Shown here piece after piece: positions 25,400 through 39,299 of a stretch of 64,000 nt of DNA. Under the pieces are notes generated by a model. It had not been told where the DNA came from. It saw nothing but the letters and a program-made list of their open reading frames with translations, and searched no databases. Source of the DNA: Dimorphilus gyrociliatus. Its lineage: Eukaryota; Animalia; Annelida. The stretch spans positions 25,701-89,700 of the forward strand of contig CAJFCJ010000041.1 of NCBI GenBank assembly GCA_904063045.1, in the 5' to 3' direction. How positions within the stretch are numbered: the stretch's first letter is position 1; the number at the start of each line of letters is the position of its first letter. A program made the translations under genes and the position numbers.

Positions 25400-28300
25400 T
25401 TAAATTTTCAAAAATATTTACCTTTAAAATTGTAAAATATTTTTTTGTAGTTTCTATGTTGGTATTATTAGGTCTATAATTTGTAGTAACAATTTTATGG
25501 ATCACACAGACCATAGAATTTGAATTTATAATTGCAATTTCTTCACAAATTTGTTTAATGAAAATAAAATAGGTTAAACTGTTAAAAAACCTATTATTAA
25601 CATCCAATGGTTGATAATTTTTTAATTTTGTAGATTTCATCTTGTATATGTTAAAATTGATATTTTGATACTGCAAAATACTGACCATCCATAATTTTAT
25701 CAAGTATTAATAGCCTATACAAAATTACAGATTGGTTACAAAAATTGTGACATTTGGAGAAAAAATATATAACACTGACTTCTCTTGCTGAAATGTTAAC
25801 TTAATGAATTTGAGCAGGTTTTGGAGTTCTTTAAATGAATAAATATAAGGATTTAGAACAAAAATCAATGGTACTATTAAACCAATAATGATACTATAAC
25901 TTTGATTGTTAAGCTTAATAGTGTAAAATTGTGACAAGATTGCTGAAGTATGTTAAAAAAAAATAGTTTGGAGAATAAAGAATGAAAAGACAAAGAAATG
26001 AGAAATCCACCTAGAATAGCTATTGGCATCCAACATAAAAAATTTGATAGAGAGAGTATATAAATATTTGTTGATATTTGACATAGAGAATACCAATGAA
26101 AATGTCATAACAGTACCCAATAATTGACATAAACTACTCATCCTCCATTTTTTTTCATTCTCTATATAATTAGTTTCTGATAGGTAAATGTCTGCTATAC
26201 AAATCGCTAAAATGTATAAAGAAGAAAATAAATCACTAATTGCAATGTTTAATCTATAAATTCTAGATGTTTGGTGTTTTTTTCTAAGTAGTAAAATGAT
26301 AACAAAAATATTTCCAAACATTCCAAGACAGCAAAATATCCAACTAATTGCTCTAAGGAATTGTAATGAAAAAATATTATAGCAACTTATCAAGATTGTT
26401 GATGAGGTTTGCAGTAGACTTCTAACCTAACCCTGACAGAATTTTTCCAATGATTTCAATCCATGGAAGAGGCCAACACCAAGTGCCTTTACATCACTGT
26501 TAACCATTTTTAAAAGTGACAATCTCCCTAACCTTGACAAATCCTTTCTATCAATTGAGTTGATTTTTGTATAAGAAATATCTAAATAAAGTAAATTCTG
26601 ACAAACATAAATTATTAAAAAATTTAACAAATTAAAAGAATTTCCCAATAAATTCAAGTTTTGGAGTAATTCAAAATTTTGAATTGAAATGAAATCTAAA
26701 TTATTCAAATTATTATCATTCAAATTTAAATTTATCAAATTTCTTATAGATTTAAATCTCCATTGAGATGTTAAATTATTATTTTGAATTGAAAGATACG
26801 TTAATTTATTCAATTCAAAAATTTTCATCCAGGTGATAGTACAAGTGCAGATGGCAAATTTCATTTTGTTCAATAGGTTGGCTGTTGTTAGTAATTGAAA
26901 CACAAAAAATTTCATCAGATCCCATTTTGCAATCAACTATATTATTGCATATATTTTGATTTGAAAGGAATTTATTTTCTCCTCTACATTTGAAAAATCC
27001 TTTGTAAAAGTTAACATTTTCTGTGATTGGTTCATTATGCTATTTTTTTTTTGCTCAAAATTTGAATAACTTAAATGAAAACTAATATACCACAAGCTCT
27101 TTCATCATCACCATAGAAACAATGATTGATACCATCACAAACCTGTTCAATAGCTATGCAAATTTCTTCCAAGTAGCATTTATACGTATTGGATGGACAA
27201 TTGCAAATACTTTTTGTCATTGGCTGTGAAATTAATTCTCCTTTTCCGTCAAAAATCAAATAACATTGGTATTTACTAGGCATTTCTTCACCACACATAC
27301 TCTTATAATCTTTCGCATTACAATCAGCTTCATCTTTTCCATCGACATAGCTTAAACCAAAATCTGAATATTGTGGGACGAAACGTAGATAGGGGCATTT
27401 ATTGTAGAAACTTTCCTGGGAGTAAATCAGTTTAGATAGATAATTACTGCTTGTCACAGCGTGAGTTGTTCCATTTATTCTAATATACTTTGTAGCTGAT
27501 GAATATTGAAGAGGAAAGAGAAAGTTGAGTGATTTTAAAGGAAAAAAAAATTGGTCAGATAACAAAACTTTTTCACTTACCAGATAAAATTTGATTAGGA
27601 CTGTTAATAAGAGTATTTTTCCAAATAAGGAGAGTGTGAATGATATACGTTTTAGAATATGTGGGAAAGTCAGTCAATGTGAGATTCCTCTTTTCACAAA
27701 ACTTTCCAGCATCATCAACACTTGTCTGTTTCTTAAAGGAAATCTTAGTATAGCATACATTTTCAAAATGGAGGATTGTATCATTTGGACATCTAATTAC
27801 TGTAAAAGAACACGAAAAGGAGGAGGGAAGGGTGAATTACTTTTGATTGTTTTTTTTTAGAGTAAAATGTCCCAAATTTTATAAATTTCTAGCCCCATTC
27901 CAAAAGTTAACCTTATGAGACATTTTTATCTAAATTTTCAAAAAAAAAGAAACATATGCTACTACATTTATCATGATCATGAATGCAGTTGATTAGGACT
28001 ATTGCATTTCTTTTATTATAAAATTTCTCATCTGATAAGCTAGAAAGAAAAAAATGGCATTGAAGTAGGTAAGTAGGTCAATCAAAGCAAGAAACATTGC
28101 CTGTTTTTATCCTGTTTTATGATAGTAAAATTTGCAATCTTTAATATTTGAAATTGAAGGACTGCAGTCCAAATGGGAAATAAATAGTTTCAATTTTTCT
28201 CTGACCTGATGGGATCCATCACCGAAATAAATCTTTACTCCTTTCTCCAATAGTTTCCCATAAGTAAAACCAAGAGTTTTACATAGAATTTGAATTTCAT

Positions 28301-29150
28301 TGTGTTTCAAAACCTCAACATAATAATGAATTTGATTAAATTTTACATGAAAGGAAACTGTAATTTGTATCTTTTTCTGTTGTTTGAAGACTGTCATTTT
28401 GGGATAAGTTTTGAAAACTGCTTCCTTCTCTAAAAGTAATGTTTAAAGTAGATTTGAAGTGTTTTTTTCTGTTGGTGATTATTGGTTGTTGATATTATCT
28501 TGTTTTTTAGTGTATATTTAAATTTTTTGCTGTTAGAAGCAATAAATTCAAAATAAGGTTTAGATGGTCCAGAAGACTTGTTCTGTTCTTTGCAAATCCA
28601 CCAGTTCAATAAAATTGCAGAATACTTAGATATAAGACTCTCTTCAGATACAATAAATGTTAATCCATACATTCTTGAATTGACAAACACTTTGTATTTA
28701 GAAAGAATTTATTTAATTACATGTTGAATTTTTCTTTAGACATTTCAAAATTATTCTCCCATAGATTTCTTCTTTACTGGGAAGGCTTTTGGAGAGAGAA
28801 AAATGTTATATCTTAATATCTAGTCAGTCATTCATCAAAGCGCTCTTTTTTAAATAGCCTCACATCTAATTAAGTTTTTTTCAACAAAATACTCACAAAA
28901 CACAGCAAGGCCTTACATCTTTTAAAATAACTGGTTTCTTTGCTTTTCTGTCTAAAAAGTACTGAACTTCTGCATGCTCTCCATCAAATCTGTGTTCTTT
29001 ACAAATATTGAAACATTCAGACCTGAACCATTTAAAACTTGACAGATCTATTCGAATTGCATAAGATGAGTTTTGAATATTTGTAAAAATATAACCCTTT
29101 TTATATATGTCATTCTCTTCAATTGTACTCAGTACAATTTTATTTTAATT
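25400..29150 (-). pseudogene. GRL101-like GPCR #1 (SRCR-like, CTLD, LDLa, LRR, 7TM); frameshifted
   Basis: SRCR-like exons at 28930-29130 and 28107-28340 (ILCKTLGFTYG). CTLD exon at 27590-27810 (RCPNDTILHFENVCY...AGKFCEKRN). LDLa CYLEEICIAIEQVCDGINHCFYGDDERAC. LRRs at 26427-26936. TM1-3 LGMFGNIFVI...LNIAISDLFSSLYILAICIAD...WRMSSLCQLLG. Several frame breaks in the LRR and TM4-7. Confidence 0.8.
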
Positions 29151-29230
29151 ATCTATAAAAAAATACCAAATTCTGTACGGTGGACATAATAGCTGTACTC
29201 TAAACAATTGTAAAGGCTATTGAATAAAAT

Positions 29231-29437
29231 GGATACGACAGAAAACGTCCACAAATCAGTACTTTTACCATAACCCTAACCCAGCCCTTAGCTGTACCTA
29301 ACCTTTTCCATTACTCCTAACCCTTAGAGTAGATCATCCTAAGTACAAATTAGTTGCCATCTTCTTCTGCCTAACCATTTCTCAATCCAAATTTTTGTCT
29401 TGAAATTTCTCATCTGTGGATGTTTTCTGTCAATCCC
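29231..29437 (+). mobile_element. 207-bp MITE with ~26-bp TIRs and TAACCC repeats
   Basis: Left end ggatacgacagaaaacgtccacaaat; right end reverse complement gggattgacagaaaacatccacagat. Flanks gaataaaat/aaataaaac match 7/9, a probable 9-bp TSD. Confidence 0.75.
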
Positions 29438-30096
29438 AAATAAAACAATACTAACCAGCTGTTGTATGTGAGAGAGAAGGAATGACTGTATGAGGTACAA
29501 GTATGTGTCAAGTGTTAAGGTTAGGCGATTACAGGCTCACATTATTTTCAGGTAGATTGAACTCATATCACATTGACAAGATTTTTTATCGCTTGTATCA
29601 CAGAATTGCGAACAATTCTGTATAAAATTGTATTTAAGGTACTCTTGGTCTCTCACACCATACTGTTATTGAGCTGATATCTCACCTTGTGGACAAAATG
29701 AGGCGAGGTCATGTCAAACCAAATGATGTGACATGAAAGTGAAACCATAAAAAATCAGTAGAATCAAATACTCACCTGCACTTTTTGTGTAATAAGATTA
29801 ATAATTGCTTACATTTATATTTAAAGTCTTATTGAAATCTCTCAATGCCATTATTTGTCTTGATAGGAGAATAATTAGTGGACCAAGAAGATCCAAATCG
29901 CCTCAATGTAAGTAATTAAGATGTTCCAATTTAGGATCCATTTGAAGCAGTAGTTAAGTGTATTATTAAATGAGCAGTACAGACAATTTTGTATACTGCT
30001 TAAAGTCTTTATTTAGACTTTAGATATTATAGAACTTTAGAAAGTCTTTTATTTTGTAGAATTAGATTCTAGAACTTTAAAAAAACCTTCATTTTT

Positions 30097-30361
30097 CAGT
30101 TCAGTTCTGTAACTGTCAGCTGATTGTTTAAACTTGCTTTTTAGAACTAGAAACTCATTTACTCAATACATATTCTTTAAATGAAATACTGGCATTTTGT
30201 TGATTAATTTCTACCGAAATTACATTTGTTAAGACTATTTGTGGACAAACTTTAAAGGTTCTATTTGTATGAGTACTTTGGTGAGTTGATAAATGATTGG
30301 AAAGGACAAATACTGTTCAGAAGACACAGAGATTCCTACAATTACAATACAACAAAGTACA
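30097..30361 (+). mobile_element. Solo LTR family B, 3' fragment
   Basis: Matches 39640-39914 and the reverse complement of 40402-40700. Ends ...tacaatacaacaaagtaca. Confidence 0.8.
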
Positions 30362-30556
30362 AATAAACACATAACTTTGAAAGATAAAAATATGAAAAAA
30401 GTGAAAAAAAAACATTTAAAAAACAGAATATTATGGAGCATAAATATATGATGTTTAAACTAATAGTTCATGAGCCAAAAGACCTCCAAGTCTATAATTT
30501 TCCCAAATTTCAAATATTTTCTTTCTATCTCAATATACTGCTTTTTCTGGAGGTCA

Positions 30557-30655
30557 TGGAAATCGCCCACAATGGAAAATGTCCACAAATATATGGAAAA
30601 CATCCACAGATGAAATGGAAAACGTCCATAGTTGAAATAGCAAATGTGCACATCT
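30557..30655. repeat. Tandem array of TGGAAAAYRTCCACA-like units (about 5)
   Basis: tggaaatcgcccac / tggaaaatgtccac / tggaaaacatccac / tggaaaacgtccat. This is the same motif as the MITE TIR (gaaaacgtccac). Confidence 0.65.
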
Positions 30656-30671
30656 TTAATAGAAAGAATGT

Positions 30672-31140
30672 TGTACTTTGTTGTATTGTATTTGAATTTT
30701 ATTATATTGAATTTCTGGTTCATCACAACTGTAATCATCTTTTCCAATCATTTACCAATCTGCCAAAGTACTCACACAAATAGAACGTTTCAAGTTCGTC
30801 CACAAATTGTCTAACAAATGTAATTTTAGGTAGAAATGAATCAACAAAACACGAGTATTTTGTGCAAAGAATACATATTGAGTAAAATGAGCTTCTAGTT
30901 CTAAACAAGCTAGTTTAAACAACTAGCTGATGGTTAGAAAACTGAACTATCAACTGTTAATTTTGTAGAGTTTATATACTCTTTTAAAGGTGGATAGTTC
31001 ACAAATTGGTTTTATTGCCATGCATTGTATATGCACTGCCTTACGTGAAACTAGGTCAATACTGCTTATCTCTATGAGTACAATACTAGTTCAATACTAC
31101 TTCTCTATTGTAGAGTATAGCTGACAAATGTAAGTATACA
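30672..31140 (-). mobile_element. Solo LTR family B, internally shortened (469 bp)
   Basis: Both termini of the 40402-41336 element are present (TGTATAC... and ...CAAAGTACA) with about 470 bp of the middle absent. It forms an inverted pair with 30097-30361. Confidence 0.8.
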
Positions 31141-32846
31141 AATTCCTATAATTACAATACAACAAAGTACACTAAAGAGCTTTTATATATAAAGAGCCTC
31201 ATAGAAAGTGAAGAATTTTTCCCATAATGCAATATATGCCAGAAAAGGCTTTTAATAATAAAAGTTTAAAAATTCCTACAGATATAATTTCTAAATACAT
31301 TGTTGATAACAAAGGAAACTTTAAAATTATATAAAAGATTTTAGTGGAGCAGTCCATTTATTACTTTTATGGCTAACAAATATTGTATTTATGTGTTTTC
31401 TGTTGTCATTTTCAAGGTCAGATTTTAGAAAAAGAAGTCATCTGTGAAAATTATCTTTGGTGTCTTAATAGTTCTTTTAGTCACTGTATCTCCAACAAAC
31501 GCCACATACAAATTTTCAACAAGGGTAAAGAGAACCTATATTGCAATAATAAAGCAATATCTCCAATTAAAATCACTCACAATATTTGACCCTTTATCAA
31601 GTGAGTGTGAAAGGCCACAGTATGTACAATCGCCACCAGACTGATTATTAACAGGCTTGATATACCCACAGGTGGAATGTAAGTGTCTTCCACTTGATGT
31701 TGAAGCTTGCCCCTATGTTGGAAAGATAGAAAGAAGTACTTTCATTTTTCTACAGGAACTCAAAGTATTTTCAAAATTTTTGAAAGTAGTCAAAAAAAAT
31801 CAATGTTTAAAACGATTTTCAGTAGAAAAAATGTTTTGAAAATATTTTATGAAAAATCATAATAGAAGCAAGATCATTGCTTTATGTGATTCAGGAGCAC
31901 TTTTGTCATTTATGACCTATTTTGAGAAACCAGTGTAAATAGTTTTTTATTGGCATTTATTGCAAGTTGATATTTATTAAATAATATTAAGTTCAAGGTT
32001 TTAGGTCGGTCCAGTGGATTTTCAGCTAAAGTAGTATTTAGGTCAAAACCTGTTCCACTAATATATACTAATTTTTTTGGTCACTTGTTACTTTTACATT
32101 TAGAAAAAATGTTACTTTTATGCTGGACAACTGTAAAAAGCACTTTTATACCATAATTAGTACACTTTTAATTCAGGAAACTACAAACAGTGAATTGAGA
32201 AAAAGAACAGTTTTTCTAGTAGTTAATAAAGTTGTATGTGAATTTTGTAATTTGGCAATCTGACAATATATGAACTTTTAGAAATTACACAATTAGGCCT
32301 ATGATATTATCATATGATAGAAAAACTTTTAATAATTGCTTTTTTTTGTAAACTATAGACTTAACTCAATACTATTTAATGTGAATGCTTAACAAAAGCA
32401 ATTGTGCTTAAAGTATTAACAATACTGGTTTTGTAAAGGTTTTTCTTTTGAATAAATCATAAAAGAGAAACAGAATTCTCAAATTTCAAGAGTCCCAATG
32501 GATTTTAGGAAGCAGTCAAAGAAAAAATACACCAAAATCAACATTTAAAACAATTTCCTAAAGAAAAAATTTTTTCTGAATTTTTTAATGATTTCCTACC
32601 TACACAACCTATCACAGTTTCCTCCTCCTCTCTATGATCAATATCAAGGACTCATCATAGTCTAATAACCTACAACTACAGAGAGATTGAAGATTTCCAA
32701 TAGGGAATTCTCTTTTTCAGGTATTTTTTAATACAGAAGAAAAAGCTTTTGCTAAAATATTTTGTTGGCAAAATAAAACTTTAACAGCAATCTAGAGAAT
32801 GCTAAAGCTCCTGACCACATTTTTATAAGCAATACTATTATTTATT

Positions 32847-33300
32847 TGTACTTTGTTGCATTATGATCTGAGGAATTTTGGAATTCATCCATACCACCCC
32901 TTAAATATTATGCCAAAGTACTGGTCCAAATTGAACCACAAGTTTGTCCACAAGAATAAGCAAATAAATGATATTTGTCCAAAGTATTATATCAAACTTT
33001 CAACAGAATATCAGTATTTTCCAAATAACATATTTATTGAATATTCTGAACTTTAATCTCTAAGCAATTGGTTAGAAAACTAAGCTAACAACTGTTAAAT
33101 TCCTATATATACTTTTCTAAGAGTTTAACAGTTCACAATTTCAAATTTTCAACAATGAAAGTGATGTTTTGACACATTTGAAAGTTCTAAAAATGGTTCT
33201 GTCTTAAATTGATTTCAATCATCCTAAGCAATTAGGTTAGATAAATTTTAATGGTCAGCTTCTTTTGTAAGATGTAACAATTTTGGTTACATTCAATGGG
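32847..33300 (-). mobile_element. Diverged solo LTR family B copy
   Basis: tgtactttgttgcatt...ccaaagtactggtccaaattgaacc...ggttagaaaactaagct...acagttcacaa, plus the taagatgtaacaatttt block shared with 40845-40865. Confidence 0.65.
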
Positions 33301-33948
33301 TGAATTGAATGTGAGAAGTTTGAACTGGTACAAAAGTCAACAAGAGTTGAGTTTGATCTTTTGATACTCTATAGCTGGCCACTAAATTTATGTTCTTAGG
33401 CAGATAAAGTAAGGCTAATGTAGTTCTACATTTACTAAAACTTGAATTATATCAGTGTATCACATTCACACTTTCCTATGGTCTTAAATGCAGGTAATTG
33501 ACATGGACTGAAATAGTTCTTCTAGATAGTTACCTACTAGCTAGAGTAACCTTACAGTGTGTGTGTGGATGGGGAGAAAATAAAAATTTTGGACACACCT
33601 AAAAGGACATTAGAAAATATAGGCTTATCCAAAGCTTCATCATTCAGCATTAGCAAACCTATACCTTATCTCCTAACTTGATCAAAAACATGATTTCTAA
33701 AAACATAATACAGCAAAGATTTTAATAGAAAACATAAAGTGTTCTTTGGCACAATCTTTTTTATATGCCTGTCATTTAAAGTTATTAAAGATTTTATACT
33801 GAATTGAGTTTACTCTTAAGACCAACTTGAAAAAGACTGTTTAGACCTATATAGGCTCAACCTATTATACTTAAAATATAATATTGCCTGGTGTCCAAAA
33901 AAGTATAAAAACACTTGGTAAAAAGTATTTTTTTCATTATGAGAAAAA

Positions 33949-35673
33949 ATGAGGCAGATTCACATACTTAGTTTTCTTCTTCTACTTTTAGCTTGTGGAA
34001 TTAATTGTCAAATAGCTCTGAAAGTTATTGTGCAGGCTGTTGCTATAGAAGGAAAATCAATGGTTATTTTTCTAGAAAAGGTCACAGGAGCACCAACATG
34101 CAGGTTTGTATCATGTAAGTTTTATGTAAATGTGCTAAACTTTTTATTTTTACAGTATATCCACTGCAAAACCTGATGGAACAGTAATTCATACTGGTAC
34201 AGTAACTCTGACCTCAGAAATGATGCAATATGAAATTCCAAGCACTGCAATTGGGAGTATAACCAACAGTTTCTTTGCTAAAAGTACCTTCACATGTCAA
34301 CTTAATTCAGAAGAACTAGCTTTTTCACATCAAACATATGTTTACTCTCAAGAAGGTATAATTTAGAAATAAATTTCCTACTGCAAAATCATAATGAAAT
34401 ATTTTTTTTCAGACTTTGGTCAGAATGAACTATCTGATATATTTTTTTTATTCATTGAAATGTCCAGTCAGCAATCATCGCCAACTACTATTGGTGTTAG
34501 TGTTGGTCGTGGTAGTACTGATACTACTTGCAGGTGGGTTGTATAAATTTTATAGAAGTCATCAATCATTAAAACAAATTTCGGCAACATGAGAAGTTTA
34601 GATTCATACAATTTTTTGTTATACTTACCATCAAAAACATTACATTGTCACTTTAAAATCTCAGTTAAGATGTGAATACAATTTCTTCTACATTATTCAT
34701 TCATACACAGCAGACATTTAATCTTTATATTTTCACAAAATAGTATTTACTCACAACATTTTTTATTGTTAAAAATATATTTTTATTTCACTTCAATTTC
34801 AGAACTGAATCTACAGATACTTCTAAAGTTACAATTGATGTATCTGGACCATTTACTATTGACTCGAGTCAAGAAATTATAGCAACAAAGACTGGATCCA
34901 GTGACTTTGCATTTGTAAAGGCAACATGTGAGGTGGCTTCAAAATCTTTTATAACCTATATTCCAGTATATTTTGCCAGTGGTTCAACTGATTTATGGGT
35001 CTCTGCAACAGGAGATCCACATTTTGAACAAGTTATTAATGATATTTCTACATTGGAAAAAAAACATATTTGTTATGATGTAACTGGTACAACTGGTGAT
35101 TATATATATATAGCTGGATTTTTTATGAAAGGAATTAAAATTTTTGGACAGCTTAAAGATGATTATTATATCCATAAAATTGTTGTTCAAACACCTTTTG
35201 GTAATATGAGCTTTTCAATTGACAGCTTTACTCTTGATAATAAAAAAACTTTTGCATGGAATCATAGTCTGCAAAATTTACTTTTAGCCACTGACCAATT
35301 CAAATATCATATAAAAAATTGTAAAATGATTGTGATAACTGAAAGAAGATCTTCATTCTCAATTAAAATTCAAAAATCTACACATGCTCTTGGAGAATAT
35401 CATCTAGATGTTAGCTTTAAGACTGTGCCTGAAGATTACCCACAAATGACTGGGTTACTTGGTGATGTTGGAAAAAAACACTTTACATTCTACTCAGTGA
35501 TTCAATCTAACAGAGATGAAAGTGAATTTAAGTCTGTTGCAGTTAAAGTTAATAATAATTTAATAAGAGGAAGACTTCAAAACAGAAAAGATCAAATTTC
35601 TTGTTGGCTGATGGATATTAATGATATCCTAAAGCCTTTCAAGATATCCAATTATTTGCTCCAGAAAATTTAA
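33949..35673 (+). CDS. Secreted protein: signal peptide, beta-rich (cadherin-like?) N-terminal region and ITIH C-terminal-like domain; 4 exons (33949-34102, 34157-~34356, ~34411-34532, 34803-35673)
   Basis: Signal peptide MRQIHILSFLLLLLACGINC. Phase-compatible GT-AG introns. C-terminal SATGDPHFEQV...HICYDVTG..GD...GQL...Y...YLD...MTGLLG follows the ITI heavy-chain C-terminal pattern. No VIT or vWA domain. Confidence 0.75.
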
Positions 35674-35925
35674 TGACAAAGATTTTGCTATTGACAAATA
35701 AAATATTTTATATAAAGTAACATACAGTTTTTACAGAATGAATACAGATTAATTAAAAAAATCAAAAGTAATTATATCTATCTGTTTTTATCCAACTGAA
35801 TTTTTCAATATCCTGTAGAGGACAGTAGTAGTAAGAACACTAATAATACAATTTTCTTTAAAGGCTGAGAAAGCTGGGGAAAAGCTAAAATTGTTTTCAA
35901 TGATTTCCATTCTCATAGCTCTATT

Positions 35926-37990
35926 GGGGGTGCAGAAAAAACATCCTTGGGAAATAACATCCCTGGGAAAAAACATCTTAAGTTTTGGGAAAAAATGTCC
36001 TATGCAGGGCTAAAGATATGCTAGGCATAATTAATGATACTTTTAATCAGAAATATTTTTCTCTTAGTTGTTTACTTCATTTATCAAAAAAATATTAATA
36101 TTTTTGAACAAAGGTATATGTATTATAATGTTTTTACCTGTTTTCTCTGAATTATATTGTACTTTCCTGCTGAGGTTGTAGGTAAGTACTGGTCCAAATA
36201 GAACCGAACCAGGAGTAAGCCACTTAGAAGAGAGATGTAGAATTGATGAAGGATGAATATAGAACCAAAATGTAAGAATAATATAACTGTATTCTAAAGT
36301 AATACTAGACCTGTTCACTAAGGGAGGTGATTCAGGACTGAATGCCTGTTACTGCCTATGCCCTGCTTTTATACAATTCCTTATCAGTTGTTTATGCCTT
36401 GGCTGGCAACAACAAGGGTCTAACCCCAGATAAGGGTTGTTCACAACAAATAGGGTCAAGGGTTATCATATTATGCATTAGTGATGTAAACAACAACAAC
36501 TTTGTGTAGGTTACCTGTCAAGGGTCAATTCTTACATCATATTTATGTAAACAAACACTTGTTGTTGATGTTGTCAACATGTTTGATATGTAACATCTTA
36601 TTCTTTGCCTATAAAAGGGGTTGATTCTGGCAGTTGGGTACCATCTACCCTAGAGGCAACATCTACTTCAACACTTCTACCATATAGTAAGTATCATTCA
36701 TAAAATATCTATAAACTATAGTTCATAAGTGTACATATATAATGTTATTAAAAGAGAAATGAATTACTTCATTGTATTGTCTATAAGTGAAAGATAAATT
36801 TTACATTTTTTGGCATATTTTCAGGCTAATTTGTTTTTTAAACATTGATACTCTTGTATTGACTTGGTTTATTGAATATTACAAGATTATACAATTTCTT
36901 TAAAAACTCTTCTTTCCTGTTAGTTATTATTTATAATTTTTGTCTTGGCAGCCATATTTGATATTTGAAAGTGAATTTAATTTTGCAGAATTTTAGTCAT
37001 GACACCTGTTTCCATTAACTGTAATAAAGGATTTTATGGTAGATAGAGAAAGATGAAATGCAGTGACTGCCAAGATTATGTCCATGCCAAATGCATCAAA
37101 GGTCTCTCTCTTTATATGTTTTTATTAAATTATTCATGTTTTTCATTTTTAATTTAGCATCTCAAAGAGTATTTTGCAATATTTATGCAGAAAAGTTCAG
37201 GATTGAAGAAATTGCTTTTTCACTTTTTCATCATAACTGTAAAGGTGATATTTACTACATAAAAACATACATTTACTTAACTTTGCTTAATATTACAGAC
37301 ATGATAGTTGATAAGTGTTCTTCATGCAAAAGTGTGAGTGACAGATATTAGTTTATCAGATGTGATCAATGATGATCCCACTGTAAAAGCTGCTCTGATT
37401 TGTACTCTTAATAGCATGGTTAAAGACAATTATAGTCTTGATGAAGTTAATAATACTTGTAATATGGAGGAAAACTTATTGCATGCAAATGAACCTGAAA
37501 AAAATGAGAATACTGAAGACTCAGACAAATTTCATATTACTATTGGTGAAGGAGGAGAAGATATTTTGACCAACAATGGCTATGCTTTTAATAAAAAATC
37601 TAGAAGTGACAAGAGAACTAACTGGTGAGGTTCTGGTAGAAATAAGAGTGTTCAATGTCCAGTTATTATTCAACAAAAAGGAAATACTTTCATAAAGAGT
37701 AAACATGAACACAATCATATCAAAAGGCATGATTACATCTGCTGCCTCTAGAAGAAGATTGCATCAATCTATTCAAAATAATTCTTAGTGTCTTATCATA
37801 CTTTGTTTGTATTCTTGTAACTTTTAAACTTTGTATAACTTTCTTAGCTTTTTACATTTGTAATACATTATTATAAACATACATTAATTATTAATTATTA
37901 TATTCTCACTATATAACTATTAGTTCAAAAATAGAGAAATTTTTTTACCATACAAATATCTTTTCCCACTCCTTAGGATGTTTTTTCCCA
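35926..37990 (+). mobile_element. MULE/Phantom-like element copy A: TIR repeats, PHD-finger exons and FLYWCH; internally deleted (no DDE core)
   Basis: Left end ggggtgcagaaaaaacatcc with GGGAAAAAAYRTCY repeats. ATG at 36999, spliced to C4HC3 exons. Also EDILTNNGYAFNKKSRSDKRTNW...C...SKHEHNH. A reverse TIR remnant lies at about 37950-37990. Confidence 0.75.
36158..36735. mobile_element. Solo LTR family C (578 bp) with 5-bp TSD TATAT
   Basis: TGTACTTTCC...AAGTGTACA, with TATAT at 36153-36157 and 36736-36740. The empty site is seen in MULE copy B (reverse complement ctctgaattatgtaatgctatt). Contains cctataaaagggg. Confidence 0.88.
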
Positions 37991-38656
37991 TTCTCATTCT
38001 ATTGTTTTTCTAAATTTTTTAAATAAAAGCCTTTGCTTTTGTTATGACAAAGAATATTTAAGAATAATGAAATTCTGAAGAAAAATCATTTTACCCTTTT
38101 ATTATCTGTGGATGTAATTGTGAAGCAGAAGATTATAAAAATTTGAACAAATTAGAAAAAAGGATTAGGGATTTATTTGAACATCACAGACTTACTTCCA
38201 ACAAAATGGTGGACATAATGGAAGGGAGAGCTAAAAATATAATGATTAATTTTTTAATTGTTTTTATAGTGGTTAATAAAAGGTCTATGTATACAGCTTA
38301 AGAAATATAGTCAAATACAATTACATTCCATCTGACTCAGGGAAAAAGAATGTTACAATGAAGCATATTCTCTTGGCATTTGTTTTTATGACATCAAAGC
38401 AAAAAATAATTATGGAATAGTATGGTAGCCATTCAATCATATTTTGTTGCTTCCTTATGTTTTTCAAAGAATTCCTAAATGATCTTTTAAATAATTTTGT
38501 TTAGTTAAATATTGTGCAATATTCTTTTTACATTTTCTATCATTTTCTTTGTTTTCTTCGTTTTTTTCATCATGAAAATACAGTTTATATCCAATTGCAT
38601 CCCCAATTTCCTTACCAATTTTGCTGTATCTGCAATACATTTTTGTTCTGATCATA

Positions 38657-39260
38657 GGGGTCAGAACATTTCAGCCCAGGACATTTCGGCCCATTCTAAG
38701 GTAATCATACTAAAGGCATTGTGTCTCACTTGAAGATAGGTTTAGTACTTATGAATTGATAAATATGACAAATATAATTTTTATTTTGTGAACAATTATG
38801 TTTATTTTTTTAATATAAAAAACAATTTACAAAAAGTAAGGAGTGTTAAGTTTAATAACTAAAATGCAGAACAAGAAATAACAAATTTTAACAGATATTT
38901 AAATCAACAAGTCTATCCAATAATTTGTCCAAACTCAATTCTCTTTCTTCAAATTTACTCCACAACTGGAATATTTTAAATTCTAAATCTTTATACTTCT
39001 TCTTCTGTATTTTTCTTAACTTTTTTTCAGACAATAACTTTTCAAAGATCTCTACTAATTCAGCTTCTCTTTTCAATTCTTTATTAGAGAATAAAAGTTC
39101 TCATCCATTTTCAATGTCTGGAATGCCATGCCTCAACATGATTGTTTGTTCTCACAATTAATTGATAAACAGACCAGAATTGAGGAGGCCAAGTACTGCT
39201 TTTAATGAATGTTACTTCTATATATTCAAGCAAATCTGTAAACAATTTTTTTTCACAAAG
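38657..39260 (-). mobile_element. MULE transposase C-terminus plus terminal repeat
   Basis: FTDLLEYIEVTFIKSSTWPPQFWSVY...RTNNHVEAWH...LKREAELVEIFEKLLSEKKLRK...IFQLWSKF. The terminus ggggtcagaacatttcagcccaggacatttcggccc starts at 38657. Confidence 0.8.
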
Positions 39261-39299
39261 TTCTTCTTTTAGTTGGACAAACTTTTGTTTTTTTGTAGA

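Noticed and set aside
29599-29620. Perfect hairpin acagaattg-cgaa-caattctgt (possible Helitron 3' end)
   Set aside because: No downstream CTRR terminus and no other copy in the window.
30915-30950. ctgatggttagaaa as a hammerhead ribozyme core in LTR-B
   Set aside because: A9 of CUGANGA is replaced by G and no stems I or III can be built.
31444-31839. Hydrophobic stretch plus RVKR furin site (prohormone or env fragment)
   Set aside because: No ATG, in-frame stops, and a competing Cys-rich frame; cannot be assigned.
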